Part shown: positions 1 to 14,417 of the stretch, piece after piece
Layout of the letters: each line of letters opens with the position of its first letter
How positions within the stretch are numbered: position 1 is the first letter of the stretch
The notes under the pieces: generated by a model
Database searches by the model: none
Seen by the model: only the letters and a program-made list of their open reading frames with translations
What the model was told of the DNA's origin: nothing
Made by a program: the position numbers and the translations under genes
Source of the DNA: Paecilomyces variotii
Lineage: Eukaryota
Reading direction: 5' to 3' (one strand)
DNA: 64,000 bases
Assembly (NCBI GenBank): GCA_004022145.1
Contig: RCNU01000027.1

Positions 1-2462
1 TAAGATATATTAAGGGAATAAATAAATAATAGAAAGTTTAAGCTCTAAATATAAAAAAGACTATTAAAACCTATTAAGCTAAGTTTTTTAAAAATAAATT
101 AGGAGAAGATTTAAACCTTAAGATTCTCTAAAAATTATTACTAAATATAGTATTAATAAAAAACTTAAAAAATTAACTAATAACTTAACCTATTATCTTA
201 GGTATATATATACCCTTAAGCAAAAAAAAGAATAATATTAATAATTAAGAAAAGAGCTATAAGAAAGTTCTAGTTTTTCCTTAAAAAAAAAAAAGAAGTT
301 TTTTATTAAAAAGAAATTAAAATATCTTATTATAATAAAATTATAGAATAAAAAGAGATATTTAATTATTCTTATTTTAATAATCTAAATAATTATAAAG
401 ATTTATAAATAAACCCCTTATCTCTGCTAAGTAAATAAGTTATATCTTATATAGAAATCCCCTATATAATAAAATATAAGAAGGAGAAGATTAAATTATT
501 AAAAGATAAATAAGATATTAAGAAGTTATATTAAGTAATACTTATACTAAATCTCCTATCTCTAGGTATTAATATAGACTAGGAGGAGTATATAAAATAA
601 GTACTAAATATTATAATAACAATATATATAATAAAAGAATATATTTTAATCTTAAACTTATATTATGCTATAATTAATAACCCTACTTAGGGTAAACTAT
701 AGCGAAGTATATTTAAAGCTAAAATAGATATATTCTAGGTAAATAAAATTTTTAAAATAATTATACTATTATTAAAAGCTAATATTATAATTAGCTATTA
801 AGTATTAGCTATAAAATATAATCTAGATAGTTCTCTTTAAAAGCTTAAGATATGCCTTATTATATAAGGGTTTACTCAGAAATATAATATTAATTTTAAG
901 TATACCTTTACTTCTACCTTATAATATAATATACTATAAATATTTCTAGCTATTATTATAATAGAGGATTATAAGTACTATATTATAGATATTAATAATG
1001 CCTTTATAAAATTAATATTAAAGGAGAAAATCTATATAATATCTCTACTAAAAATAAATATACTATTAGGAATAATATTAAAAGTTCTTTAATCTTTATA
1101 TAGTTTAAAGCAAGTTATAAGAGATTAAAATTAAACCTGTATAGAAATACTCTAGAAAATAAGTTTTATATAGACTAATATTAATCTATACTTATTATAG
1201 CACTTAAAAAAAGAGATCTTACTCCTAATATATATTAATAATATCTTAATTAGTATAAAATAAATAAAGAATATCTACTAGTTTAAACAAGAGTTTAAAT
1301 TAATATATAAAATAAAGGATTTAAGAAAAATAAAGAAAATTCTTAGTATTTAAGTTATTTAAAATAAAAAGGACTAAATATTAATAATAGATTAATCTTA
1401 CTATATTAAAGAACTCTTATTATAATATAAAATAAGTAAGAAAAAAAATATACTTAGTTAATATCTTATTAAATAGATATAACTTTTTAAAACTATTTAG
1501 CCCTTAAAATAAAAAAATAGATTAAAGAGAGTATTAAAAAATTATTAATAGCTTAATTTATTTAATAATTTTAATAAGACTAAATATTATGTTTATAGTA
1601 GGTAGATTAAGTTAATATTTATTAAATCTATTTAAAAAGCACTTTAAAATACTAAAATTTCTTATAAAATATCTATAATTAATTATATATCTTAGTCTTA
1701 AGTTTAATATAAACTAAGACTAGTAATTTATTAAGTATTTAAACTTAGATTATATAATAAATAAGACTAATTAGATATTAATCTTAAAGAATATTTTTAT
1801 TTTAGTTAATAGCTTAATAAGTTAATTAAATTAGAAATAAAAGTTTATTATAACTTTAATTATAAAAGCTAAATATATAGCTATATATTAAGCTATAAAG
1901 TAGTCTTAATAGTTAGCCCTTTTTTTAAGAGATATAAGATATAGATATTATATTAGTTTAAATAAATTTAAGCTAATAATAAAAAAAGAGTAAGCTTTTA
2001 TTATTAATTCTTTAGTTAAGATCTATAAAGATAATTAAGTATTATTATTACTAATTAGAGATATTTATACTTATAAAAGGTTAAAATATATTAATATTAT
2101 ATATTATTATATATATAATTTATACTAAAAAAATAAGATTAGTATTAAATTTATTAAAATATAAGATATAATAATAAATAATTTTATTAAATTACTGCTA
2201 AAGGCAAATTTTCTAAAATTTTTAAATTAACTAGAATTAATTAACTTAATAAGTTTAAATTAAGAAAAAGTATTATAAAATAGCAGTTAAGACTAATAAG
2301 TTCTAATATAATAAAGATTTTACTTTAAGGAAATTTTTAAGAATAATTTTATTTTAATAAAATTAGGCGGCTTAGAAAAATTATTTCTTAAGCTTTATAT
2401 AAAATCTATTACTCTAAGTAAGAATATATATATATATTTAGTATTTACTATATGCGCTAATA
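1..2462 (+). mobile_element. Ty1/copia LTR retrotransposon, 3' half (RT, RNase H, PPT, 3' LTR), RIP-degraded
   Basis: De-RIPed motifs: KLKARLVARGFTQ-like (~841-880), LVYVDDIL-like (~1225-1248), TEAEY (~1861), RSKHIDV.YH (~2077-2110). A purine tract taagaaaaag (2261-2270, from TGAGGGGGAG) is followed by TATT (TGTT) at 2271. The LTR right end (~2462) is approximate. Confidence 0.85.
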
Positions 2463-3823
2463 CTCTTTCTCCTTAAGTTTATTAGCCCTTTAAGCTATTA
2501 GATTAATCTAGGGAATTTTATCTAAACCTATTCTTTTTAACTAAAATTAATATTACTAAAATTACTATATTTATAAAGCTATTAAAATTCTTCTTCTTCT
2601 TATCTTATTTCTATAGACTAAAGATAATTTTTTTAATTTAATAGAGTCTAAACGCCTCTTAGTAAATATTATTAATTAAGGACTTTTTTCTTAAGATAGT
2701 AGTAATTTATAGAGTTATATTTAAATATATAATAATATTCGCATTTACCTTTAAAAAATAACTTCTTCTTATATATTTTATAAGTAAAGTCTAGAGAGTC
2801 TTTACCTAGAGATAAACTCTAATAATTTATTTAACTATTTAGTCTCCTAGGTAGAAGTCTTATTTGCAGATATAACTAAGACTATTTAAGTATTTTTATA
2901 AGATTTAGCTTAGTTAATAATTTTAAAGCTAAGTTATTAAAATTCTTCTATTATTATATTTATTAGAGATTTAATCTATTAAGCTTATTTAATATAGTAG
3001 AAGTTAGTCTATATTAATATTTTAAATTTAAGTTATTTAAGTATTAGTATTACTATATTAAAGAGCGAGAGAGTTAAGCCTATATTATTTAATTATTCTA
3101 TATTAAGATTTAGTTATAATAATAGCTTACTAGAATATAAAGAGTTTATTTAAAGCTAAGCTATAATTAATAATTTTTTTAATTGCTTTAATATACTTAT
3201 TTATATAGATTAATTTATTAAGTATAATTCTAATAATTTTAATTAGTTTATAGTTTATTTAACTATTAATTTAGCTCTTTACTATTAAGCTAAGCTTTCT
3301 CTATATTTTATAGACTTTAGCTCTATTTTAAAATATAAGTCTCTTAATAAATATATTAATTAAGTTCTTATAGTTTATAGTTTTAAGAATTTCTTTAATT
3401 AGCTAAAGTTAGTTATTAAAGTTATTATTATTAATTAATTATTTAACTATTATAAATATTTTATCTTATATAGTCTCTAGTAATTTTAATCTTTAATAAG
3501 TTATAATTACTAAAGCTATTAAGGGGGTTAATATTAAAAATAAGGTTATTATCTTAGAGAATTAATTTATTTAAGAGTAAAAGTCTATTAATTTAACTCC
3601 TTATTATAGATATTATTTAATTAAAGCTTTAAAGTATTTAGCTTATTTATTTAAAATAGTAATAAGGCTAAGCTAAGCTTATAACCTCTTAAAGCTAATA
3701 AAGATATTAAATTAAAGAACTATTTAAGGGCTAAGCTAAATTAATCTATTTAGCTATTACTCTATTAACTAAGCTAGCTACTAGCGCGAGTAACTACTAC
3801 TAGAGCCTCTAAGGGCACTAAAA
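2463..3823 (-). mobile_element. 5' part (LTR, PBS, gag region) of a second copia family; same family as 34145-42288
   Basis: Colinear with ~39600-42288 once that copy's inserts are removed. LTR 3687-3823 (137 bp). The adjacent gcttataacc reads GGTTATAAGC on the minus strand, the GGTTATGAGC-type PBS of fungal copia. Confidence 0.85.
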
Positions 3824-5412
3824 CTTAATTATAATACTACTAGTATAATTAGCACTATTATCTTTTAGTAAAGCTAAGAGACTAGCTATTTAAGGTAATA
3901 ATCTAAGCCTTAAAAGAAAACTAAATATTAGTATTACTATTTATAGGCCCTTAAATATTATAAATAAGCTTAAGAAGATAATTAAAACTTATAATATTTA
4001 ATTAAACTATAGATTTATTATTATTCCCCTAGATTAATAGATAATAATTCTATTAAAAAAAGGTTAAGAATTAAGTATTCTTAAATATATTAAGATTTAC
4101 TCTCTTAGCTTTAAAAATTATAAAGTTATTAATTAAACCTTTAAAAAGCTATATTAATAAGAAAGAATAAAATATGCTATTAATTATACGCTAAGCAAAT
4201 ATTCTATATTTATTATCTAGTATAATATTAAATATAATAGTAAAATAATTTATAAGAGTAAGGTAGTTATAGATATCTATAGGCTAAACTATATTATTAA
4301 ACTTAATATTTATTCTCTTTTATTATAAGAGAATATTATTATACTTATAATAAGAAAACGCGTTATTTTAATATTTAATATAATATTCTTTTAATATTAA
4401 TAGCGCATTTAATATAACTATAGATAATTATTTATTATATTATATAAAGAATAAGAAATCTTTAATATTACTATTATAGGCTTTTATAATATATTAATAT
4501 ATATTTAATAATAAATAAATTATTATTTATATACTTTCTATAAATTTATAAGAATATATATTAATAATACTATAATTACCTTTAATATAATTAATAATTA
4601 TTATATATACTTATATAAGGTTTTTAAAAAATATAAGAACTAAATTTTAAGCTTAACTCTAAGAAGTCTTTTATAGGATTTCTCTTTATATAGCTATTAG
4701 GTTATTATATTAACTTATTAAAAATAAGTATTATTAATAAAAAGATAAAGGCTATAATTAATATTTTATTTCCTTTTATAGCTTAAGCTTTAAAATTATA
4801 TTTTAGCTTAATAAAATAGTTTAAATAATATATCCTTTAATATATTAAGATTATATAGCTGCTATAAGATTAAAAGATAATATTCTTTTATAATACCTCT
4901 ATAAAAGGTAAGATATAATAAAGTTTTATAAAGAATATAATTCTAGCTATATTTTTATAAGCTAAGATAAATATTTATAATACTATTTAAAAGCACTTTA
5001 ATAATTTATCTTTTCTTATATATTATAATTTAAAGCACTAGCTTTATTTTAATATTAATACTAGTATCTTTAGCTTTAATATTATATTATATTATCTTTA
5101 TAGTAATACTAAGGCTTAATTAAATAATTATTATCTCTTTATAGTTTATAAACCTCTTAAAACTATATTTAACTAATTAAAAATTTAGCTAATTATATTC
5201 CTTTTAAAGTAGCTTAATATAGCTAAAAAAAGATATTAGCTAATAAAAATAAAGGTAATATATTTAGTATAGGCATTATATAAAATATACTATATTATTA
5301 AAATCTATTAGAAGCTATTAATTATTTTTATAGATTATAGTATTATAATTATAATTACTAAGTAAATATCTTTTTAATTAATATCTATAGATTAAATTAA
5401 TCTATACCTTAT

Positions 5413-5578
5413 TATTACAGTGTAGGGGATAAAGAAGTTGTCCTTCTATTAGCTACATAAGGAAGTAACTATATAGCTAAGTCGTTAGCCTAAGGCTCTC
5501 GCACCTTGTATCTTTGTACCTTATTAAGATAGTAGGCAGGCAACGCTAAAGTAGTATTATACGCCCGTATCTATATTA
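5413..5578 (-). repeat. 3' LTR of gypsy copy B
   Basis: Matches 13788-13953 apart from mostly transition differences; termini are RIP-compatible with TG..CA. Confidence 0.92.
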
Positions 5579-5689
5579 ATATGCCCCCTTTAAGAAAAAT
5601 ATCATCATCCTTAATAACAGAATATAGAAATATATATATAGATATAGTATAAGATATAGTTAGATATTCTTATAATTTATCTTCTCCTG

Positions 5690-8600
5690 CGCCTAATTCG
5701 CGGGAACTAATATTATTTATAAAATTGCCTGCGCTTCTATAATTTAGCTAATAGTTCGAGATACTAGTTATACTCCTAGATAAATTCTTAAGTATTAGCT
5801 AAATTCTTAAGATAATACTATATATTATAATAAGCACTATATCCTTTTTAGCGGACTAAATACTTAATAATAGTCTTACCTTAAACTTACCGGATATAAT
5901 AGTTAAATAATATCTCAATCTTATAATAACTAATGCTAGTATTATCCGCGTTAATATATAATAACAAAATATTATTAGAGGGTATAAGATATTTAAAGGG
6001 ATTATTTATATAGTATAGCTCTAAATAAATAATAGAAAAGATATTATAGCATTTTTAATAAACTGAGATATTTAGCTAGTATATAAGACGTCTAATCCTA
6101 TACTTAACTATAAATAGTCCTATATATTATACTAATAATTTCCTGCCAAGAATAGCTATATTAAGGATATTATATTTATAGTATAACCTTAGCAAGACCT
6201 TATTACTAGGGGCGAAATAGATTAGCTAATAATTCTTATTATATATATATTTAGCGTTTATAACAGCTAAGTAAAGTGCTTTACATATATTAAGTTATAA
6301 GGTAAAGTCTTAGATTTCCCTGTTATAGAGGTTTATAGCATTACCTAATTTAATACTATATATTAAATTATATAAAGATCTTATTGTAATAGATAATAGG
6401 CTAGAATTTAATACTAGTTATATTAATAGTAAAACCTTAAGCTAAGCTATAATATCTTCTAGAGCAGCTAGGTAATATTATAGGGCAATCTTAGCTATTT
6501 AATTAATTTATTCCGACTATCTATTAGTCTGCGGGTAATATACTATTAAATAAAATAACTTAGTATTAAGATACTTAAATAAGTCTTTCTATAGATCTAA
6601 TAGAAACTTTAAATTGCGATCTAATAAGATTATTAATAAAATACCCTAATTACTAATCTAGAGTTATTTAAGTAATACTAATGCCCAGTCTTTAGCTATC
6701 TATATATCTTATCCTAGTATAAATATAACTCGCTTTGTAAATTTATAAGTAATAGTTAAGATTTAGTTATATAGCTCTATATCTAGCAATCCTATAATAA
6801 AGTCTATAGTAATTATATAAAAAGAGATATTTAATATAAGGATAAGCTAATAGCTGTTATAAGATATATAATAATATATCTAATTTATTTAGTATAAATA
6901 GCAATGCTTAATATATGTTTTAACTTACTTTATAAGTCTATAGATTATAAAGTTATAAATATTAATAACTATCTAGTAATACCCAGAGTATTTTATATTA
7001 TTATGCGCTATATTAAGAATATCCTTAAGGATTAACTATAGTACGCAGAGATATTATATATTATTAATATTAACTATATAAAAGAATTTATTGCAAATTA
7101 TAAAAGAGAGATATATAGAGTTTATATTATCCTATAATATAATAAAGACCTTAGACTAATAAAGATTAGTTTTATAGCTATTCTTTAATTAAGTCTTAAA
7201 CTTCTCTAATAACTTAATAAGAGTTATATTATATTATAGCTTATCCTTAGTATTATTAGTATATATAGTCCCGAGAAATATAATAGCTAAATAGTATCTA
7301 ATATCTTTTAATATAGGAATATTTAGCTTAATAAAGGGTAATTTAAGATATAATAGCGCGTCGGCAATAATATTATTACATCTTAGCTTATATATAAGTA
7401 TAAGGTTAAATCTCTGTATATATTATAATACTAAGACAAGGTATAGATTAATCTAATCTACTAATATTAATTAGAGAGATATTTATTTAGCAATTATAAT
7501 TATAGCGCTATAGTCTATAAAAATAATTAATAGCATCTGACAGATTTTAATAATATAGTATATCTTGTATAATACCTATATTAAATATATTACCTCTATT
7601 TCTATTAGCTAATATCTCTTTTTAGCTATATTAAGCTGCCTTAAAAGGAATATAATTAGCTAAACTTTTAATTAGTTAGATATAGCTTTAGGAGGTTTAT
7701 AAATTATAAAAAGATAGTAACTATTTAGTTAAGCCTTAGTATTACTATAAAGATAATATAGCATAATACTAAAGCTAGAGATGCTAGCATTAATATTAAA
7801 GTAGAGCTAGTGCTTTAAGTCGCAATATATAAGAAAGAATAAATTATTAAAATATTTTTAAATAATATTATAAGTATCTATCTTAGCTTATAAAAATATA
7901 GCTAAAATTATATTCTTTATAAAACTCTGCTATATTTTACCTTTTATAGGGGCTCTACTAAAAAGCGCTATCTTCTAATCTTAAAGCAGCTATATAATCC
8001 TAGTATATTAAGGGATATACTGCCTAAACTATCTTATTAAGCTAAAGTATAATTCTAAGGCTTAAGCTATATAAGGAAATAGAATATTAACTATAGCCTT
8101 TACTTTCTTACTAATAGTATTTATTCTTAATAAGTTAATATAGCGACCTAGTAACTGCATAAAGAGAAATTTTATAAAAAACTTCTTAGGGTTAAGCCTA
8201 ATATTTAGTTCTTATATTTTCTTAAGGACCTTATAGAGATATATACAGTAATTATTAATTATATTAGAGGCGACTACAGTATTATTAATATATATCTTTA
8301 TAAATTTATAAAAAGCATACAGGTAGTAATTTATTTAGCACTAGATATATATTAATATATTATAAAAGCCTATAACAGCAATATTAAAAATCTCCTATCT
8401 CTTATAGGATATAATTAAAAGGCGGTTCCTATAGTTATATTAAATATATTATTAATACTAGAAGAAGACTGTGTTAAATACTAAAATAAAGTATTTTCTT
8501 GCTATAAGTATAATAATCTCCTCTTATAATAAAAGGAGATAAGTATTAAGTTTAATAATATAGTTCAGCCTATAGATATTTATAACTACCCTACCTTTAT

Positions 8601-11430
8601 AAATTATTATTCTATTATACTTAATATTATACTAGATAATAAATACAGGATATTCGCTTAGTATATAATTAATAGCGTATTTTATTCTGCCCTGGCAATA
8701 TAGCTTATTAAAGGTTTAATTAATAATTTTGCGGTTCTTAGGGCTAAGAGAATAAATCTTAGTATATTTAAAGATATTTAATTCCTAATCTTCCTTTAAT
8801 AGGATTATTATCTACTAATCTAGGGGAATATTAATAAATTTATAGTTTAACCAGATATTATAAGCTCTAATTATTTTCTTAAGCTTATTAGTAATATCTA
8901 AGGGCCTATAAATAATAATACTAATATTAAATTTCTTCTTAAGGCTTAGATTATTGCCTTAAATAGCTAGTCTCTTAGCTTTACTAAGGAATAATAGCGC
9001 TAACTGCGCTAGCAGTACTATAATTAGATTAATATAGAATATATTAGTCTTCTTATATTTATTAACTAGACTTAAGTATATCTTTTATAAAATAGTCTAT
9101 TCCTTATTTATAGTATTAATTGCTTAAATAAAGGTAAAGTTAGCATCTACTAGATAGGCGTACAGACTTATTTCTTAATAGTTAGGCTTAAAGAGATAAT
9201 TATAATTTTCTGTAAGATATCCTTTAAAGTATATTAGGATATATATAAAATTATTTAGTAGTACTACTATTCTATATATAAAATAAACTAATTATAATAA
9301 ACTATAGTTTAGCTTTATAGTAATCTTTAGCAGGATATAGATATCTTTAATAATAGCATAGGCTAAAGTAGTAAGATATATTAATATACTATAGTAACTT
9401 ATTATATTAACTTTAAGTAGAAGATTTATTTTAAGATAATTAACTAAATAGGCTTTAATTTTAAGCTAAAGTATTACTAGCTTAAAACTAAGAATAGCTA
9501 AATAATCTAAGGTAAGTTAAATATAGGCTAATAAGTTATACACTACAGGTCTTATTCTATTAATCTTTATTTTAAATATATAATAGATTTTTACTTATAG
9601 TACAACTTATTTAAGGAATATCTTATTAATTATTATTATAGAATAACCTAAATCTAAACAGGTTAGCTTTACCTTAGTACTACTAGTAATATATGCTTTT
9701 ACTATAGCATAATACTATCTATAAAAGATATATCTAAGAGGAGCTTATTTAACTAGAGACTTAGCAATAATAAGTTATAATATAGCTATAGCTATGCGCA
9801 TAGTAATAAATAATACAACATTGTATAATGTAATATTAGATAATATAATATTAAAGGCTTTAATAATAAAAGAATATAATACTAATTTTTAATAATAATT
9901 AGTATTATATAGATAATTATAGAGTTTATTATTTAACTAAAAGACTGCCTAATATAGCTAGTATTTAAATATAGAAATAATCTATAGTGCGGTATAGTTA
10001 ATATAGGCATTATAATTATCTTTGCTATAGTCTATATACTAAGGATTATTATATTTACCTTAATAATTATCTTAGTAGTAGTAGCTATTATATTTTTTAG
10101 AAAAATTAATTAGATCTAGAGTTTAATTAAGAGATACTATATTATATACTTTTAAGCTAAATATATTATAATCTTATTAATTATAATTCCTATCCGCAGT
10201 ATTTATAGCTTAACTTATTTTAATATTTAAATAAGCTATAGCTTAAGGCTATACTAAAAGATAAGGGCCTTAATTATTATTTCTATACTAGTTTAGCGCC
10301 TAATATTATTAGTTCTAGTTACTATACTATAAGAACTGGCGTAGTTATACTAGGGGTTAGCCTAGATTTTAAGTCTAACATTATTATATTTACGTATTAG
10401 ATTAATTCTATTAGTAGAGTATTATATTCATATAATTAAGATAGTTATAGCCTTAATTTCTAATCTATATAAACTATTATAGGGCTCTACCTCTAGTCTA
10501 ATTAGTATTATTAGTATTACTTTAGTTCTATCTTAGGGAATTTAAGAAGGGAAGATAATAAGAAAAGGTTTAAATATTATTATAGTTATATTGCTAATAA
10601 TAGTATTAATTCTTATCTGCTTACTTTTATTATACTATATAAGCTTCTTTAACTATCTTAATAAATTCGGACACTATAGTATTCTCCTATAGCGCTTATA
10701 TATTATATTTAAAAGATAGGGAAAATCTATTCTATATAGCTAATAATTAACTATATATTTCTCTTATTTTTATAGTATATAATAAATGCAATATTTATTA
10801 AATAAACCCTTAGGGAGTCCGGCTAGCTATAATATCCTATATAATATAATATAAAGACTTAAGCTATTTTATAGCAGTTGCGGTATTAATCTTAAAATAT
10901 TTTATAAGCTATAAGATCTAACCTTCTTTAACAGGACGCGTATATAATATTTTATAATTATATTTAGATAGCTTAGCTGTATATTATTATAAGGCTAAGC
11001 TATATAGTAATGCTTAGATATAGCTTTATATAATAAGTTCTCCTTTTATTATAGCTAAATTATAGATCTAATTAATAAAAATATAAATATCTTTATAATA
11101 AGTATAGCTTCTTATTATTATAATAAAACCTATCTTAATATAGTCCTTATTACTTAGATTAAGATAAAAATATCTTAGCTTTACCTGCTTCTATAGCGCA
11201 CTATTAATTATAGCACTTATTAGTATTCCTAGGGCAAATCTAGTATTTAAGTTTACTAAAGGATTATAGCTAAAAGTTTAATTTTAAACTAGTTACTGTT
11301 ATTAATCTTACTATTATTAATGCTATTATTATTAATATTAGTATTACTGCTACTAGTAGCTAAGTTAGCTATTATTTTAAGCTATATTATTTCGCGCTAT
11401 ATTATTCCGACTTATAAAGTATTTTATCAT
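5690..11430 (-). pseudogene. gag-pol of gypsy copy B, RIP-inactivated
   Basis: RT, RNase H, integrase and chromodomain motifs appear in gypsy order on the minus strand, with many TAA/TAG codons. Boundaries are approximate. Confidence 0.75.
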
Positions 11431-11529
11431 TTAGCAATTTTAGTCTAATATAGCCCTTATATTTTCTATTATTTACTAATTTAATTCCATTATCTGCTAG
11501 AATATCTCTATTAATATAATATTAAAATT

Positions 11530-12560
11530 AGTAGCTGGCAATGCCAGAGATAATAATAACAGGGGTTTGCGTCGAAGTCTTTAGTTCACGGTAAGCCTCC
11601 TCAGCTGAAGGAATTTGATGAGCAGTTTCACCCAGAGGAATATCCCATTGGCTCGAGGAATAATTTTCTTAATATAGATATCTGAACACGCTGTTAGTAA
11701 AAGCGTTTTCGCCATAAGTTCTTCCACTTTGCATTTTATGAAAAGTGTTAAATCGCCTGCGTTGTGTTCTCCGCGGAGGTTTAAAATATTAAACTTCCTC
11801 TTCTATAATTCCGGAATCTCGATAATTGGCCGCAAAAATATAATAAATAATATGCTTTTAAATCTATATGTCAAGTTACAAATCCTATTTAAGAAGTTAT
11901 TTGGATTGCTACATTTATTAACAGTATTGATTATAATACTGGAAGGGAAGTGTTTAAAAAGAAGGCAAAGGACGGTAACTACTTTATTATCTGTAGCCCG
12001 TCGCTGGCCAATTACTTTTTAGTTATAGAGAGTAGATGCTATGTCTATTGCTATAGTCTTATAGTAAAGGCTCTGGAGCAGCTGTACCAGAATAGAGCGA
12101 AATGCTAGGCCTGCGGTGTCTTGACCAATCGGCCTGTTAAAAAAGTAGTATGCAACCATGTTGTGTGGCAGTAGTTATGACGACGCCTGCTGTTTTACAA
12201 GATTGTCAATTACAACTGGGCAGATAGTTATCTTTCTAAATCCTAGTTTTCCCTGAATACTGAGAATAGGCTTTTCGCTGTGTTTATGGAGCCTCCAATT
12301 TTTGTAAAGGGGATCTTCCAATATCTAGTTATATGTACCGGGTTCTCGAAATATAGAAGCCTCTTCATAGAGGTCTTTCCACAGCGGCGCATTGATCCAT
12401 TGGCCGAGCTCTTGGACACGGGTATCTAGCTGTTCAATCTCTTTTTTCTTGTCTTTAAGGGCCTCTTCAGGATCCGCCTTTTGTCTTTCTAGCTTCTCTA
12501 TCCAGTTATCATATTCCTTGATAAACCGCAGTGCCACTTCCTGCGTTAACCTTGTTGCCT
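11530..12560 (-). pseudogene. NACHT-NTPase (fungal NLR/STAND-type) gene fragment inside the gypsy leader
   Basis: One frame continues ORF 12537..12325 through RIP stops: REPGTYN*I.EDPLYKNW, Walker A GKLGFRKI (from GKPGFGKT, 12229-12252), VAYYFF, AFRSILVQLL, Walker B IIINTVNKC (from IIIDAVDEC, 11911-11937), ANGIFLWVKL (~11623-11652). All motif offsets are multiples of 3. Confidence 0.88.
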
Positions 12561-13787
12561 CATACTCCCGGGTTAATAATATTTACTATATTATCAATAT
12601 TTACTGCTAGCTGTATTAAGGCTTTACCTAGATAATATAATAATAGATCTAAGAAAGAATATAATAGGTTAAATAATAAGACCCTTTAATATCTAGCTCT
12701 CTGGCTCTAAAAAATAGAATTCTAAAATTTAAAAACTAAATTAGGTAAGGCTAATTAAGGGGGTATTATAACTAGAATTTATAACCCAGATTACTCCTAT
12801 TAGTGTTTATTTATAATAAAGCTATAGAGGTACTATAAGAATATATAAAACATAGTTTATCTAGCGGCTATATAAGTTTTAATATAAAGTTAGCTAAGTC
12901 TATTATAGCAGACTACTACTTCTAAAAAGCAGAATATTCTATTAATATTACTATAAATCTAAAGAAGTCTTTAATAGTATTATAAAGGATAAATTAATCT
13001 ATCGCCTATAACACAGAAAATATAAATTATCTTGCTTAAAAAAGGTAATACCTATAGCTTAATCTAGAATACCTTAATATAGACTAATAAAATATACTTT
13101 AAAGAGTTATATCCTAAGTAGTAGGATAAGATAAAATTAATAAGATTAATAGTCTTATAGTTAAGCTAATCTCTAAACTAAGAAGTTACTATTTAAAAAG
13201 CTGCTAGACTATATATAAGCTTTAATATCCCTCTAGATAGTATAGGGAGATATTGGCTTTAATCTATCTCCTCTAAAGGCTAGCTTATTATAAAGGCTTA
13301 ACCTTAGCTTCTCTAGGTAAGACACCTAGTAAGGGAGATTAAAGCTAATTTATAATAATACTAGAGATAAAAATAATAAAACTAATAATAAAAATAATAA
13401 AACTAATAATATAATATAGGATTCTGATAATAAAAATAGGGCTTTAAATATAAGTATTCCTAGCTAACCTATAGTATCCCTAGGCGTAAGACGCATAAAG
13501 AAATAGCTTAATATAAATATTTTAATAAAAAATACTAAATTAGGGCTAATAGAGGTAGAACTAAATAATATTAAGATAAATTTTAATAAGAAAGATAAGT
13601 AATATAAAGACTTCTAATAATAACAGATAACTTTATATATAATAAAAAAGAGACTATAAATAACCCGCTAGTATTAAGAGCTAGCTTAAGATAATAATAA
13701 TTAAATAGTATAACAGATTACTATAATAATTTTCAGGATACTCCTAATAATAGTTAAGCCCTAGATAACCTTAATATACTACTAAAT

Positions 13788-13953
13788 TATTATAGTATAG
13801 AGGATAAAAAAGTTATCCTTCTATTAGCTATATAAGGAAGTAACTATATAGCTAAGTTATTGGCCTAAGGCTCCTATACCTTATACTTTTATACCCTATT
13901 AAGATAGCAGGTAAGCAACGCTAAAGTAGTATTATATACTCGTGTCTATATTA
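13788..13953 (-). repeat. 5' LTR of gypsy copy B
   Basis: Direct repeat of 5413-5578, followed by TSD CTTAT. Confidence 0.92.
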
Positions 13954-14417
13954 CTTATTTTAGTATTATAATATATATAGAGATTTAATCTTATATTTAT
14001 ATATAAGCTAAAACGCAATATATTATTATATCTTAAATTATTTTTTATTAAGCTAAATATTCTTATATTAAAAGATATTAAATATTATTTAGCTATTATA
14101 TTTCTTAAGACTATATATATTATTAATACTAAGAATAAGCTATAATATAATATAATTTTTATTAAGTTATTAGAAAAGTTTAAGACTTAATTAAAAAAAG
14201 GCTATAAAACTAATCTTTCTTAATTTAAGGTTCTTACTATATTATAAGATAATATAAACTCTATATATTTTTTTTTATAATTTATAATAAACTCCTTTAT
14301 ATAATTAATATTAATAATATATAATATCTCTATATATTATAGTTAATTCTTAAGGATATTTTTAAAATAGCTTATAATAATATAAAATACTCTAGGTATA
14401 ATTTATAATAAACTCCT

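Larger units (their letters stand above)
5413..13953 (-). mobile_element. Full-length Ty3/gypsy chromovirus copy B with both LTRs and a 5-bp TSD
   Basis: Direct-repeat LTRs 5413-5578 and 13788-13953 (166 bp each). TSD CTTAT at 5408-5412 and 13954-13958. The reverse-complement PPT gccccctt lies just inside the left LTR. Minus-strand chromodomain (ENLANAQELIQEY-like, ~5770-5815) and RT KxYIDDTVVA (~8269-8298). Confidence 0.93.

Noticed and set aside
11729-12022. 97-aa + strand ORF from the track
   Set aside because: Antisense shadow of the NACHT frame; no motif of its own.
12325-12537. 70-aa ORF as a standalone small gene
   Set aside because: Its TAG is a RIPed TGG, and the frame continues into Walker A and B.
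12392-12610. 72-aa + strand ORF from the track
   Set aside because: Shadow of the minus-strand ORF 12537..12325, which is part of the NACHT fragment.
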